Shown: positions 22,945 through 33,295, numbered from the stretch's first letter. The stretch is 42,025 nt of DNA from a virus (IMGVR_UViG_3300033127_000032:1-42025), one strand, 5' to 3'. Translations and numbers: made by a program. Notes: generated by a model from the letters alone, not told the origin.

Positions 22945-25900
22945 TTATTCGTATGATTCCTCGTAATATTCTTCATAATACCCACCATCTTCTTCATTTA
23001 TCACATTCCCGTCTGTAATACATCCTAATCTTCCAGTAATTTTATATCTAAAGGCATCAGTCAATTTTGTGTGATCTACTAATGCCGATATTTTTACTGT
23101 GTTTGGGTCTACTTGTTCTATTTTTAACTTAGTTTCCCCTTGTAAAGGTACTAAAATATTATCGTTTTCTGATCCCCAAACACTACTCAACTGCCTGTGT
23201 TCAAATAAACCAGGACCTTTGTCAACTTCAATAGTCATAACGCCATATAAATTTTCTACTGACATTGGTTCAGATAGATTTGTAAATAATATTTCTATCC
23301 TCGTTTCTTCATTCGACAATAAAATACCTAAAGGTTTTCCAGTTTCTGAATCAACACCAGTTGACAAAAGAGTGTTATTAGAATTTCTATAGTAGAAATG
23401 TTCAGTTTCTATATTTGTATTTTCATCGTAACCATTAAAATCTATAGGAAACACATTTTTATAGGTGTAGTTTTCACCATCTTTAGACACCTCAATTTCT
23501 ACAAAAAAACCAATTTCATAATTACCCGACCTTAAATAATCTAACCAATTATTATTGTACCCGTTATTTAATTTTTCTAGGTCAAAAAATTCATTTGGAA
23601 CATCTTGTTTTTCGATCCAATCCTCCCATCTTATTTTATTAGCATAATATCCTGTGTAACCAAAAGAAGTGTCTGAATCTAAATCTTCATTTCTAAATAG
23701 TTTAACCCAATTTTTATTGTTACCATCTTCTAACTTAAAACCTCTTATAGTATCAACATCAAAACTTTGCAATCCATCAACTTTAGGGTAATTAGAAGTG
23801 TTAATAAAAAATCTTTCTAACACAAATGGTAAACCTGTATCTAAATTAAGAACTTGATAACCATAAACTACATTGTTTACAAATTCATCTGAATCTTTGT
23901 CTATTGTAAAATCTACCCTAGCCAAAACATCATCCTCTAAAAAGCCTTTATACAAATCAACACCTGTACTGTTTTCAGTATATGGATGCTCCAAAAACCT
24001 AACAGCCATATTATTATATTCACCTATTGGTAAAACAGTTTTTTCTAAAGCATTAAAGTCTGCTAATAAACTAACTCTATTTCCGAAATTAATTTGAGTA
24101 TCAGCGTCATCAACCGACACCCACAAAACATAATTTCTATCATCACTACTCCTAGAATCGAAGAAATTAGTAAAATCCTCATTAGGCAAAAACCTCACTC
24201 TCATTCTTACCGTAGTATCACTCTCTTTTGTGAAAATAACATTATCTGATGCCTGTGAATCTATCCTTACTTCTGAATCACCATCTATTCTTGGATAACC
24301 TAAAAACACTGTGTTCCCAGAATCTTCATCTATTGAAAAAGATGTGTTAGAAGCTCCTTGAAACATTTTACCACTGTTAACAATAAGGTTTCTATGATAA
24401 GATTGTTTGTTAAACTTGTAATCTTCTTCATTATTAGGAATCCAAGCAAATCCAAAGTTAAATTTATTTGTACTGTCAATAGAATCAAACCCACTTATTA
24501 AGACATCAACAATAACTGGCACCGCATAATCTAAAGAACCTAAAGCTTCTCCATCGTCATTATAATACCCAATACTTTCAATTTTAAATTTATTATCTAA
24601 ACCATTAAAATTTTCATCAAACCATCCTGTGTTACCCAATCTTTCTGTGTGATCTGTATTGTTTTTTATAGACGTGTTAGGGTTATTCCATTCTGGGTAG
24701 ACTTCTATTTCAAAATTATCTGTTAAACTATCTCCGTCCTGCAGGGCTTTTGGTGTGGTTCTATTTTCTAAATCTGTAGGAATATCACAAAAAATAGGCA
24801 ACATATAATCTAAAGAAACTTCAAACACATTACTATTATCATCACCTATGGCACTAACAACAGAAACCTCAATATTTCTTGGTTTTAAATATACTGTCCT
24901 AGCTACAGATCTAGCAGGTGTGTTATACCCAAACGTAAGCGCTAAACTATCTCCTACATCTAAATCCACCCCTATAATATTTCCAAAAGATATATTACTA
25001 TCTTTATAAGGTGTAGCATTGTAATACTCATTTATAGTAATTCTACTATCATATATCAAATTACTACCTCCTGTATATTTTATAAAAGCTATCATTATCC
25101 TGTCACTTGGAGAATTTTCACTAACACCACCAACACCTAATACACCAGAAATATCAAAGTATTTGATTCCAGATTCTTGGCTATTGAATAAAAAAACATC
25201 TGCTAATTCACCGTTTGCAAATCTAGGATTAGAAGTGTTTGAGGGAACCACATTAAGAGGTATATAACTTTGAGATACGTTTTTGTACTGCGTGTTGTCA
25301 CTAGACATTGTTAAAGGAAATGTAGCGAATATATTATCTACTGTAAACGTTCCATTATCCAAAGCTTTCATTTCAAGAAAGGTTCCCGCACCCCCAGAAC
25401 CTGTTGCTTCAAAACCTGTATCTACTTCACTTATTTTTTTTATGTAAGCTCTTTCTATAGCCATCCCCGACTGATAACCATCTGGATTCATCAAAACTTG
25501 TTGATTTGTAACTATATCCCCCAAACCAGAAAATGAAAATTCTGTTTGTGTTCCATCAACAACTGATTTAATGTTGTTATCTTGATAGTTACTGTTAGTC
25601 AACATACTGTGTCTGAATTTCAACCCCTCTGGTATTTTAGATGTTTTAAATTCCACGTCATAAATAGCATAAGAACCTCTGTCCGTAGGCATTATTTGAA
25701 CGTCAAAATCTATATCTTCATCTACTTCCATTATGTTGGAATACATATTTACTATGGTGAATAATAAAGAATAGTATGTTTCTGTGCCATCATTATTTTC
25801 CCCATACTCTAATGTTACTTCATCACCTAAATCAAAACCATAGTCAGCCCAATTTTTTCCGTTATTTAATTCAAATGAGTTGTTTACTGCGTTTATAGTT

Positions 25901-26055
25901 ACAGTTTCCGATGATGATGCAATAAAATCTACATTTGCTTGAAAAGTTAAAACCAACCTTTGCCAATCTCCTACATTTCCTAATAACCAATCTACTGTCT
26001 CCTGCCTATCGTGAAACTGACTACTATACTGTCTTTTAATTATTTTTACACTCAT
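22945..26055 (-). CDS. Large tail/baseplate protein (1036 aa).
   Basis: Size and position downstream of the tape measure. No catalytic motif recognised. Confidence 0.65.
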   Translation of the reverse strand: MSVKIIKRQYSSQFHDRQETVDWLLGNVGDWQRLVLTFQANVDFIASSSETVTINAVNNSFELNNGKNWADYGFDLGDEVTLEYGENNDGTETYYSLLFTIVNMYSNIMEVDEDIDFDVQIMPTDRGSYAIYDVEFKTSKIPEGLKFRHSMLTNSNYQDNNIKSVVDGTQTEFSFSGLGDIVTNQQVLMNPDGYQSGMAIERAYIKKISEVDTGFEATGSGGAGTFLEMKALDNGTFTVDNIFATFPLTMSSDNTQYKNVSQSYIPLNVVPSNTSNPRFANGELADVFLFNSQESGIKYFDISGVLGVGGVSENSPSDRIMIAFIKYTGGSNLIYDSRITINEYYNATPYKDSNISFGNIIGVDLDVGDSLALTFGYNTPARSVARTVYLKPRNIEVSVVSAIGDDNSNVFEVSLDYMLPIFCDIPTDLENRTTPKALQDGDSLTDNFEIEVYPEWNNPNTSIKNNTDHTERLGNTGWFDENFNGLDNKFKIESIGYYNDDGEALGSLDYAVPVIVDVLISGFDSIDSTNKFNFGFAWIPNNEEDYKFNKQSYHRNLIVNSGKMFQGASNTSFSIDEDSGNTVFLGYPRIDGDSEVRIDSQASDNVIFTKESDTTVRMRVRFLPNEDFTNFFDSRSSDDRNYVLWVSVDDADTQINFGNRVSLLADFNALEKTVLPIGEYNNMAVRFLEHPYTENSTGVDLYKGFLEDDVLARVDFTIDKDSDEFVNNVVYGYQVLNLDTGLPFVLERFFINTSNYPKVDGLQSFDVDTIRGFKLEDGNNKNWVKLFRNEDLDSDTSFGYTGYYANKIRWEDWIEKQDVPNEFFDLEKLNNGYNNNWLDYLRSGNYEIGFFVEIEVSKDGENYTYKNVFPIDFNGYDENTNIETEHFYYRNSNNTLLSTGVDSETGKPLGILLSNEETRIEILFTNLSEPMSVENLYGVMTIEVDKGPGLFEHRQLSSVWGSENDNILVPLQGETKLKIEQVDPNTVKISALVDHTKLTDAFRYKITGRLGCITDGNVINEEDGGYYEEYYEESYE

Positions 26056-26290
26056 TTTGTAAATCTTTTAGAATTTTATTTGCTTCCTCATACTTACCCT
26101 TTTTTGATAAAGCTATTGACTGACTAAACTTAGCTTGTAATTTTTCTACCATTCCTTTTTGATCGTCTGGAACATTCTTTTTAAGTATTGCAAGAGTTTC
26201 ATTAAAACCATCTATTTGAGGGACTAAGTTTTTAGACGCTTCTAAACCAACTCTTGCAATTTCTTTTAATCTTTTATAATCAGATGACAT
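26036..26290 (-). CDS. Hypothetical protein (84 aa).
   Basis: Minus-strand ORF overlapping both neighbours by 11-20 nt. Confidence 0.5.
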   Translation of the reverse strand: MSSDYKRLKEIARVGLEASKNLVPQIDGFNETLAILKKNVPDDQKGMVEKLQAKFSQSIALSKKGKYEEANKILKDLQNECKNN

Positions 26291-28046
26291 ATTCTATAGT
26301 TAAATTGTTAGTGTATTTTTTATTTATTCTAATGTTTAGAATTGCCTTGCCATTATGTGGTGTGTATTCCATATAATCAATTTCAACATCATTCCCATCA
26401 ACATCTTTTACTTTATTACTTTCTAAAATATACGCAAAATCGTTTAAACTCATTGGTACTTCCACACCGTCTATCAAATAAAATTGATTATGAACACCAT
26501 TTACTTCCGCAAAAGAGTTTATAAAATGATAATTGTTCCATAGCATAGATGCGTTTATTTCACCTCTTTGATTTCTTGCTAAGGAACTTCCGTTCATTTT
26601 GACAACTTTTGCATTTGTTATAAAATGGCTAGACATTAACATACTTCCTATTCTTGATTCTATTTGGTTTGCGAAATTAGTTCCACCACCAAAAATACCT
26701 GTCAGCCTATCAACAAATGAACCTAAATCTTTTGCTAACTCTTCTACCCCTGTTAAACTTGTTTTTGTTTTACCTAGCGAATACGGTAACGATACTTCGG
26801 ATAAACCTTTTATATTAACCAAATCTTCATTTATTGAATTATTAGGACGTATAATAGCCTGGAACAACCTACCTGTTTTATCGTCTAAAGTGTTTAAATC
26901 TTGAATATCATATGAAAAAGCTATATTGTAATTAGCCACCATTTCATCTGTATTAAAATTCGAAACATCTAACAATCTATCTTGGTCATTGAAAAAATTA
27001 GGTATAACATATGAAGATTGTGATTCTAGTTTATCTCTTCTTTCAAACTTAAAAACTCCATTTTGGATAGAATACTCAGCATTAAACATTTTTTTCATTT
27101 CACGTATTAAATCTCCAAAAGTATTTAATGGACTTTCATTATCTGGATAACCAACCTCACCACTTTCACCACCTTTTTTATCTTTCTTCGGTATATAAAC
27201 CCATTCCAATTCTGTTATACTGCTTTCAAAAGTTAATCCTAAATAAGAACAAGATTTTTCAAACATTTTTCTAAAAGTCATTCCTAAATGATCTCTTTTA
27301 GCAGGTAATATCTGATCAAAAATTTGTTCTATGAGTTCTTTTATAGCAATAACTATAGCTATGGTATAAATTATTCTTGCAACAAGCTTTAAGGCGGTTA
27401 AAATAAAATTACCTAAATCCCATGCGGTTACAGCTACAGCACCAAAACCTACACCAACCCCAATAACAGGCGTTACAGCATCAGTAATATCACCAATTGA
27501 TTCCGCTATAGCATAAGTGTTTTCAATTAATTCTTTTGTCATCATATATAAAGATATTGATAACAATATTAACTGCACACCATCTGGTATATAGTTTATT
27601 ACATACGGTACTTTTGTATAATCACCGCTATTAACAACACCTTTACTGTATAAATAGGCAAAACTAAAACTATCTGCAACATCATTTAACCAATCAGATT
27701 GCTTTCGTTGTTTTAAAGAACATATTATTTCTTCATTACCTATCATCTGCAGGTTATCTGTAAAATCTAAATACCCATCAAATGTATATATTGGGCTAGA
27801 TTCTTCACCAACAACAATAGAATATGGTTCCCCCTCAAAAATTCCAACACCTCCATTTAATCCATCGAAAATTCTTTTTCTTAAATAAGTGTTAGCTTCT
27901 AAAACAAAATCTAAATCTGAAATATTAATGTTTATTTCTTCATTACTGTTTATAAAATCTTTTTTTATAACTAAACCTTGCCAACTTCTAGGCTCACCAA
28001 AGTCTTTACCGTTGATATAATGCCTTGTTTTGTGTTTTGGTATCAT
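26280..28046 (-). CDS. Tail protein directly after the tape measure, with a central hydrophobic block (588 aa).
   Basis: Position where a distal tail protein is expected. The central segment GVQLILLSISLYMM...VTPVIGVGVGFGAVAVTAW...ARIIYTIAIVIAI looks like 2-3 TM helices. Confidence 0.55.
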   Translation of the reverse strand: MIPKHKTRHYINGKDFGEPRSWQGLVIKKDFINSNEEININISDLDFVLEANTYLRKRIFDGLNGGVGIFEGEPYSIVVGEESSPIYTFDGYLDFTDNLQMIGNEEIICSLKQRKQSDWLNDVADSFSFAYLYSKGVVNSGDYTKVPYVINYIPDGVQLILLSISLYMMTKELIENTYAIAESIGDITDAVTPVIGVGVGFGAVAVTAWDLGNFILTALKLVARIIYTIAIVIAIKELIEQIFDQILPAKRDHLGMTFRKMFEKSCSYLGLTFESSITELEWVYIPKKDKKGGESGEVGYPDNESPLNTFGDLIREMKKMFNAEYSIQNGVFKFERRDKLESQSSYVIPNFFNDQDRLLDVSNFNTDEMVANYNIAFSYDIQDLNTLDDKTGRLFQAIIRPNNSINEDLVNIKGLSEVSLPYSLGKTKTSLTGVEELAKDLGSFVDRLTGIFGGGTNFANQIESRIGSMLMSSHFITNAKVVKMNGSSLARNQRGEINASMLWNNYHFINSFAEVNGVHNQFYLIDGVEVPMSLNDFAYILESNKVKDVDGNDVEIDYMEYTPHNGKAILNIRINKKYTNNLTIEYVI

Positions 28047-31000
28047 AATCTATTTTTTTTAACCTTGTAATGAATCCTTTTTACCCTATTTCCTTTTTTC
28101 CTTGTTTCAGTAAGCTTCAAAACACCGTCAACAAGCCCCTCAACATCAAAGCTAAATTCCTCTTTATTCTTTATTGCTTTTACTATTTCATCAGAACCAT
28201 TATTGGTAGGTTTCTCAGTATTCGATGTTAACATTAAAGCCCTAAAATCAGTGTTTTGTTTAGTAAACATATTCTTATCTAAAACCCCTAAAGACGCTTG
28301 TTTTTTGAAAATCCTAAAATTCTTCTCACCAATATTATTCATTTCTTTCCTAGACAAAAACCCCTCTCCACCCTCGTGGTAAGCCAATATACCCTTTCTC
28401 ATAGAGTGACTTCGACCTAAAGTAACACCATTACTATTTGTTCTAACCTTTTCTATACCGTCTACACCTACAATACCACCATCACCAAAACTAGAAGTTA
28501 TCGCATTTAGGATAGCAAAATCTTTTAATGCTTTTCCTAACGGGTCCTTTTCCCCTGCATTAGCATAATTAGTATAAGATGTATAAATAGTTTTTATTTT
28601 TTCAATTCGTTCCTGTCTCTTTTGCTGTCTTATTAATTCCGCTTCTTGTTCTGCTTTGCGCTCTTGTTCAAAAGCCAACGTGTTTTCTAAACCTGCAATT
28701 GCCCTTTGTCTCTGTTCATCTATTGCCTGGTCCTGCCTACTAATCAAATCCTGTTGCTGTTGCAATTCTTGTTGATTTGTTTTTTGTATCTGATTAATAA
28801 TTTGCTGACCAATTTTCCTTGCTTCCTTTTCTCTTTCTTCCTGCAGGTCTAAAAGTTTTTTTTGTTTTTCTTTTTCATCTTTAATTTCTTCATTTATAAC
28901 CTCTCTTCTCAACTGTCTTTCTAACTCATTCCTTTGCTTTATTAATTCCAAATAACGCTCGGATTTTGTTTGTTCCGCATCCTCTAAAACATTAATTTGT
29001 TCGTCTAAGCTATTTATTTGAGCATCTAAACGTCTATCTTCCGATAATTGAGTAATATTATCTTTTTCTTTTTCTAAACCCTCCAGCTCCTTTAAAATCC
29101 TTTTTCTTTCTGATGAAGAAACGTTACCGTTTGCTTGATTTATTAAATCAATTCTTTTTCTGTTTATTTTTTCTAATTCGTCTAACTCAAATTCTGTAAT
29201 ACTATTTTCCTCTAAAAGGTTTTTTGTTTTTACAGCCAACTGATCTATAGCATCACCCAAATCTTTAAAATCCTTAACACCATTTCTAGCTTCTATTAAG
29301 AATTCCCTTAAACGATTAATAGGTATTTCTGCTAAACCCAAACTTTGCAATTCTTTATTTAATTCTACTATATTATCTATAGATAATTTAATACCGTTCT
29401 GAAAAACATCGAAACTACCATCAGAATTAAACTCTATTTGAAAATCTATATCCTGCCCTGTTTTTCTTGCATACTCTGAAAACTCATCTAATTCTTTTTG
29501 TGCGTTTATCCTAAAAGAAGAAAGCAATCTGTTAAATTCATTTATTCTATCCTGCGTATTCCTTGAAGTGTTATTTATAAACTGCTCCGATAAGTTTTTT
29601 TCTGTATCAATTAAATCTATTAGTAAATCTAAATTTTGTTCAAACAAATCCCTGTCTATTTCACGCCTTTTCTTAGCGTTTTCTTCTCTGTTTAAGGCGT
29701 TTTCATTTTCTATTTCTCTAAGTTTAATCAAAGCATCTTGTTGTTCTTGAATTAAGTCATTACTTATTTCCAAACTCGCACCTCTCCTTGTAGCTAAATC
29801 TAAAGTAGCTTCTGCAAAACCGATCCCTTTTTGGCTAATATCGATATTACTTAATTCTGTTTGATTTAACTTGATATTAGACTTTACCCTTTCATTAATA
29901 GCTTCAAGTTCCGCACGTGCTATTTCTTCATTTTTTTTACCAATTTCTTCAATCTTACTTAAAGATTTGCTATTAGCATCTAACTGTTCAGCAAAAGACT
30001 TAGTACTATCATCTGCGATTAACTGTAATTGTTCTAACTCTCCATTTAATTTAGTCAATTCTAAATTTAAACGTCTTACTTTATCTTCTAATTCAAAAGC
30101 ACGATCAACATTAGCTAAATTATCCACAACTGATTCTGAACCATTCTTAACTATATCTGAAATCCTTTCAAATAAACTTTTTGTTTCTTCTTCTTCTTCT
30201 TCACCTCCAAAAATATCTGACAACTTTGCTTTACCAGTAAACAAGTCTTTTATAGATAGGTTAGATAAACTTTGGAAGCCCTTACGTATATCAGAAAAGA
30301 AACCTATAACATCCGTTGAAACTTCTTTAGCAACTTTTCCAAATATCACTAATCCATTAGATAGAGATTGAGTTATTTTTTGTAGCCTAACTGCTCCTGC
30401 TCTAGTATCTCCAAACAAAGAAGATAAAGACGCTACAGCTATAATCACGGCACCTATAATAGATGCTTTCAAAACCTTGTTTAATTTACCAAAACCTATA
30501 GCAAAACGTTGGACAGCGGTAGTATTGTTACCTAAATTCTGTTCCATTTCATTCAACTGCTCTTTGTTTAAAGTAAGAATGCCTAACATACTTGATAAAA
30601 CACCGTCTATTTCACTTATGTTAGTTTTAAAAAGTTGGTTGCTTTTTAAAGCGTTTACTATAGATTCTTCATAGTTACCAATATTTATTTTTGACTGTAT
30701 AAATTTATCACTGTTGTCATTCAATAAATCTGTAAGTTCGTTTATCTCTTGATTGTATTCCGCAACTTTATCTCTACCCTCTTGCGTAGTAATGTTAACT
30801 TGACTAGCGACAATACGTAAAGCACTCAACCTATCCCTAACGTCTTGCAAATTATCTACTCTGTTTTCCAATAAAACTGCGTTAGCTTCTAATATTTTTT
30901 GCTCCTGCCTAGACACCTTGTTTAGATCAATAATCTCTTTTTGTTGCTTTGTTATCTCTTGGCTAACAGCTTTTATTTTAACACGTAAATCCGCCCTTGT

Positions 31001-31408
31001 AGATGCGGATTCTTCCAATGTTTTTACTCCCGCTCTCTCTAAAGCATTGTTTTCCTTTAACTCGGTTTTGTATTTGGAAAGTTGTGTTTCTAACTGAGTT
31101 AGATTTTTATTTTGAACTTCCGATAGTTTTATGTTTTTATTCTGGGTTTTTATATACTCTTTTTCTATCTTCTGCAGGTCCTCTTTTGTTTTTTTAAATT
31201 CCTTAAAGGAATCGCTTAAACTTTCTGCTAAATTTTCATATTCTAAAATACTTTTTGTGTCTGTTAAATCAGATAAATTAGCTTCCTTAACAATTCTTTT
31301 AGCTTCCTTGATCATTTCGTCACCCATATTTTTAAAGTCCGCTACAACTTTATCAAATCCACCATCATTATTAAAAAACTGACTATAATTTATTATTACG
31401 TTGTCCAT
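28043..31408 (-). CDS. Tail tape measure protein.
   Basis: 1121 aa, the longest ORF. It has extensive coiled-coil heptads and hydrophobic/glycine segments (ASIIGAVIIAVASLSSLFG). It is preceded by frameshifting chaperone genes. Confidence 0.85.
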   Translation of the reverse strand: MDNVIINYSQFFNNDGGFDKVVADFKNMGDEMIKEAKRIVKEANLSDLTDTKSILEYENLAESLSDSFKEFKKTKEDLQKIEKEYIKTQNKNIKLSEVQNKNLTQLETQLSKYKTELKENNALERAGVKTLEESASTRADLRVKIKAVSQEITKQQKEIIDLNKVSRQEQKILEANAVLLENRVDNLQDVRDRLSALRIVASQVNITTQEGRDKVAEYNQEINELTDLLNDNSDKFIQSKINIGNYEESIVNALKSNQLFKTNISEIDGVLSSMLGILTLNKEQLNEMEQNLGNNTTAVQRFAIGFGKLNKVLKASIIGAVIIAVASLSSLFGDTRAGAVRLQKITQSLSNGLVIFGKVAKEVSTDVIGFFSDIRKGFQSLSNLSIKDLFTGKAKLSDIFGGEEEEEETKSLFERISDIVKNGSESVVDNLANVDRAFELEDKVRRLNLELTKLNGELEQLQLIADDSTKSFAEQLDANSKSLSKIEEIGKKNEEIARAELEAINERVKSNIKLNQTELSNIDISQKGIGFAEATLDLATRRGASLEISNDLIQEQQDALIKLREIENENALNREENAKKRREIDRDLFEQNLDLLIDLIDTEKNLSEQFINNTSRNTQDRINEFNRLLSSFRINAQKELDEFSEYARKTGQDIDFQIEFNSDGSFDVFQNGIKLSIDNIVELNKELQSLGLAEIPINRLREFLIEARNGVKDFKDLGDAIDQLAVKTKNLLEENSITEFELDELEKINRKRIDLINQANGNVSSSERKRILKELEGLEKEKDNITQLSEDRRLDAQINSLDEQINVLEDAEQTKSERYLELIKQRNELERQLRREVINEEIKDEKEKQKKLLDLQEEREKEARKIGQQIINQIQKTNQQELQQQQDLISRQDQAIDEQRQRAIAGLENTLAFEQERKAEQEAELIRQQKRQERIEKIKTIYTSYTNYANAGEKDPLGKALKDFAILNAITSSFGDGGIVGVDGIEKVRTNSNGVTLGRSHSMRKGILAYHEGGEGFLSRKEMNNIGEKNFRIFKKQASLGVLDKNMFTKQNTDFRALMLTSNTEKPTNNGSDEIVKAIKNKEEFSFDVEGLVDGVLKLTETRKKGNRVKRIHYKVKKNRL

Positions 31409-31661
31409 TCTTTTTAGGTTTTAATTCATCTTCTATTTTTTCAACAATTGCATAAAAAGTAAACACATCTAAATCATTTACATTCATTCCAGAATGGTTT
31501 GCAACTGATATACTATACTTTGCAAAATCTACCTCTATCTGCCTTTCCAAGTTGTTTTCATCGTGAATATTCCAACTATTAGGCTTGTTGTGTGATAAAA
31601 TTTCTTTTTCCAAAATAAATAATGAATCTTCAACGTCCTTGCTATCAATAACACCACTCAT
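31383..31661 (-). CDS. Tail assembly chaperone, T-like distal part. It may be expressed mainly as a -1 frameshift fusion with the upstream ORF.
   Basis: 92 aa ORF in the -1 frame relative to 31685-32161. That frame is open continuously from the A10 run to this ATG. Confidence 0.7.
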   Translation of the reverse strand: MSGVIDSKDVEDSLFILEKEILSHNKPNSWNIHDENNLERQIEVDFAKYSISVANHSGMNVNDLDVFTFYAIVEKIEDELKPKKNGQRNNKL

Positions 31662-31684
31662 TAATTCATTTATTCTTTTTACTC

Positions 31685-32161
31685 TTAAAGCGGATAATTG
31701 TACATTCCCGTTGCTTTTAAAATACTTTGGATAGTAAGCTGTAAGTTCGGTTTCGATTTTTTTTTTACTTCCATCAAAACATCATACGATTTTATATAAC
31801 TTAATCCAATGCGATCTAAATGGTTTAAAACTTCATCCAACCCACTCGATGAAACATCGTTGTAATACTTATTGTTAATTCTTTTAACAAGAATAGCAAA
31901 AGCCTTGTCTTTTGGATTATATTCGTTAAAAGCATTGTAAACTAATTGTCTCCTGTTGTTTAATTCCTGTTGAGCTTCTTTAATCATTCCCTTTTGTAGA
32001 AACGCTAAAGCTTTAGAAGTTCTAACATCGTAATCCTCAAAAGAATTACCTATTTCAGAACCAATCATTATGTATTTATTCAGTTTATTATACCTTTTCA
32101 TAGGTAGAGATTCTGAACTATCATACACCTCTATAATATTTCCTTTTATCTTAATTATCAT
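31685..32161 (-). CDS. Tail assembly chaperone (G-like).
   Basis: 158 aa, immediately upstream of the tape measure pair. It contains the slippery run near its 3' end. Confidence 0.7.
   Translation of the reverse strand: MIIKIKGNIIEVYDSSESLPMKRYNKLNKYIMIGSEIGNSFEDYDVRTSKALAFLQKGMIKEAQQELNNRRQLVYNAFNEYNPKDKAFAILVKRINNKYYNDVSSSGLDEVLNHLDRIGLSYIKSYDVLMEVKKKSKPNLQLTIQSILKATGMYNYPL
31757..31766 (-). other. Slippery A10 run (GTA AAA AAA AAA TCG), a predicted -1 programmed frameshift site.
   Basis: The -1 frame has a TGA six codons upstream of the run. It is then open through ...KKKIETELTAYYPKYFKSNGNVQLSALRVKRINEL-MSGVIDS..., that is, into the 92-aa ORF. The predicted fusion is about 259 aa. Confidence 0.75.
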
Positions 32162-32420
32162 AGTCTAAAAATAAGAAATAACCAAGAACAACAAAAGGAA
32201 ACAAAATAAAGCCTATACCTAACAACTTAAAACCACTAACCAAAACAAATGAAAACACAGATACCCAAAACATAATGCAAAACCTACAGTTAGAAAGCCT
32301 GTATAAGAGTTTAGATTTAGATTGCGCGTAATCATTAAATTTTTTTAATAAATTAAATTTATCAAAAAGACCACCAAAGAAGTAAACCATTCCTAGCGTT
32401 AAAATAATATTTTCTATCAT
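32151..32420 (-). CDS. Small three-helix membrane protein (89 aa), DUF1360-like CxxC...W pattern.
   Basis: ILTLGMVYFFGGLF, CRFCIMFWVSVFSFVLV and IGFILFPFVVLGYFLF. Confidence 0.6.
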   Translation of the reverse strand: MIENIILTLGMVYFFGGLFDKFNLLKKFNDYAQSKSKLLYRLSNCRFCIMFWVSVFSFVLVSGFKLLGIGFILFPFVVLGYFLFLDYDN

Positions 32421-33238
32421 AATTTTTCAAATTCTATATATCCCGACTGTATTTGAACCCATCTATTTGTAGCAACAGCAGTAGGTGAAGCTACACCTAA
32501 AATTAAAACCTCATCTTTTTCTAAAATAGATTCTGGTAAATCTTTTAAAAACAAAGACGTCATTTGATTTGTGTTATTCGAGTAGTCTCTAGGTCCCACA
32601 CCGCCATTATCCGCAACTTCATCTAAGACGTATGTAGTTGTAAACACATTAGATGACGGTGTTTTTATTTGTTTAGCCAATATCCAACCCCAAGCTAAGG
32701 CATCCGCATTGTTGTTTTTGTGCCAAGCCATAAAGTTCCTAATTCTAACTCTAAAAGGAAAAGAAAACCCACCAGAATTTCTGTTTAAGTTAGAATCTAC
32801 ATTACCTAAATCTTGATTATTAGTATTATCATACGGACCCAAAACACCCCAACCGTTAACTTCGTCAGGGTCTAATAAGAACTGACCACTTAGATAAATA
32901 GAAAAACAATTTTTCTTTTCCCCTATAACCAACCAATTATTTGATACATTTTCATCTTTTATAATTTTAACAAAATCATTAGTACACCTTACTATAACCT
33001 CATCCAATCCATCAATTGTTTCCCCAGAACTAGGTGTTATAATAAAATCGGAATCCCCTAAATCATTTTTAAAAACAATGGTTTCATCATCGTAATAAGC
33101 AGATAAGCTAGATAAAACATACGTCTGCACACCTGTACCAACGCTAGATTTTTTTATAACGGTATAATTCTCATTTTTATATAATTGAGAATATCCTATA
33201 GAGCTTATAAAAATTAAAAATATCGTTAATCGTTTCAT
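32417..33238 (-). CDS. Secreted protein (273 aa) with a Sec signal peptide.
   Basis: MKRLTIFLIFISSIGYS-QLYK is a classic n/h/c signal. It is preceded by a hairpin terminator. Confidence 0.6.
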   Translation of the reverse strand: MKRLTIFLIFISSIGYSQLYKNENYTVIKKSSVGTGVQTYVLSSLSAYYDDETIVFKNDLGDSDFIITPSSGETIDGLDEVIVRCTNDFVKIIKDENVSNNWLVIGEKKNCFSIYLSGQFLLDPDEVNGWGVLGPYDNTNNQDLGNVDSNLNRNSGGFSFPFRVRIRNFMAWHKNNNADALAWGWILAKQIKTPSSNVFTTTYVLDEVADNGGVGPRDYSNNTNQMTSLFLKDLPESILEKDEVLILGVASPTAVATNRWVQIQSGYIEFEKL

Positions 33239-33249
33239 TTTTTTTTATT

Positions 33250-33289
33250 TAAAAGGAAAACACGCAACCTTTTTAGACTACGTGTTTTC
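33250..33289 (-). terminator. Hairpin terminator after the 112-aa gene.
   Basis: 9-bp stem GAAAACACG (33256-33264) / CGTGTTTTC (33281-33289), followed on the minus strand by CTTTT. Confidence 0.45.
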
Positions 33290-33295
33290 TGTTAC

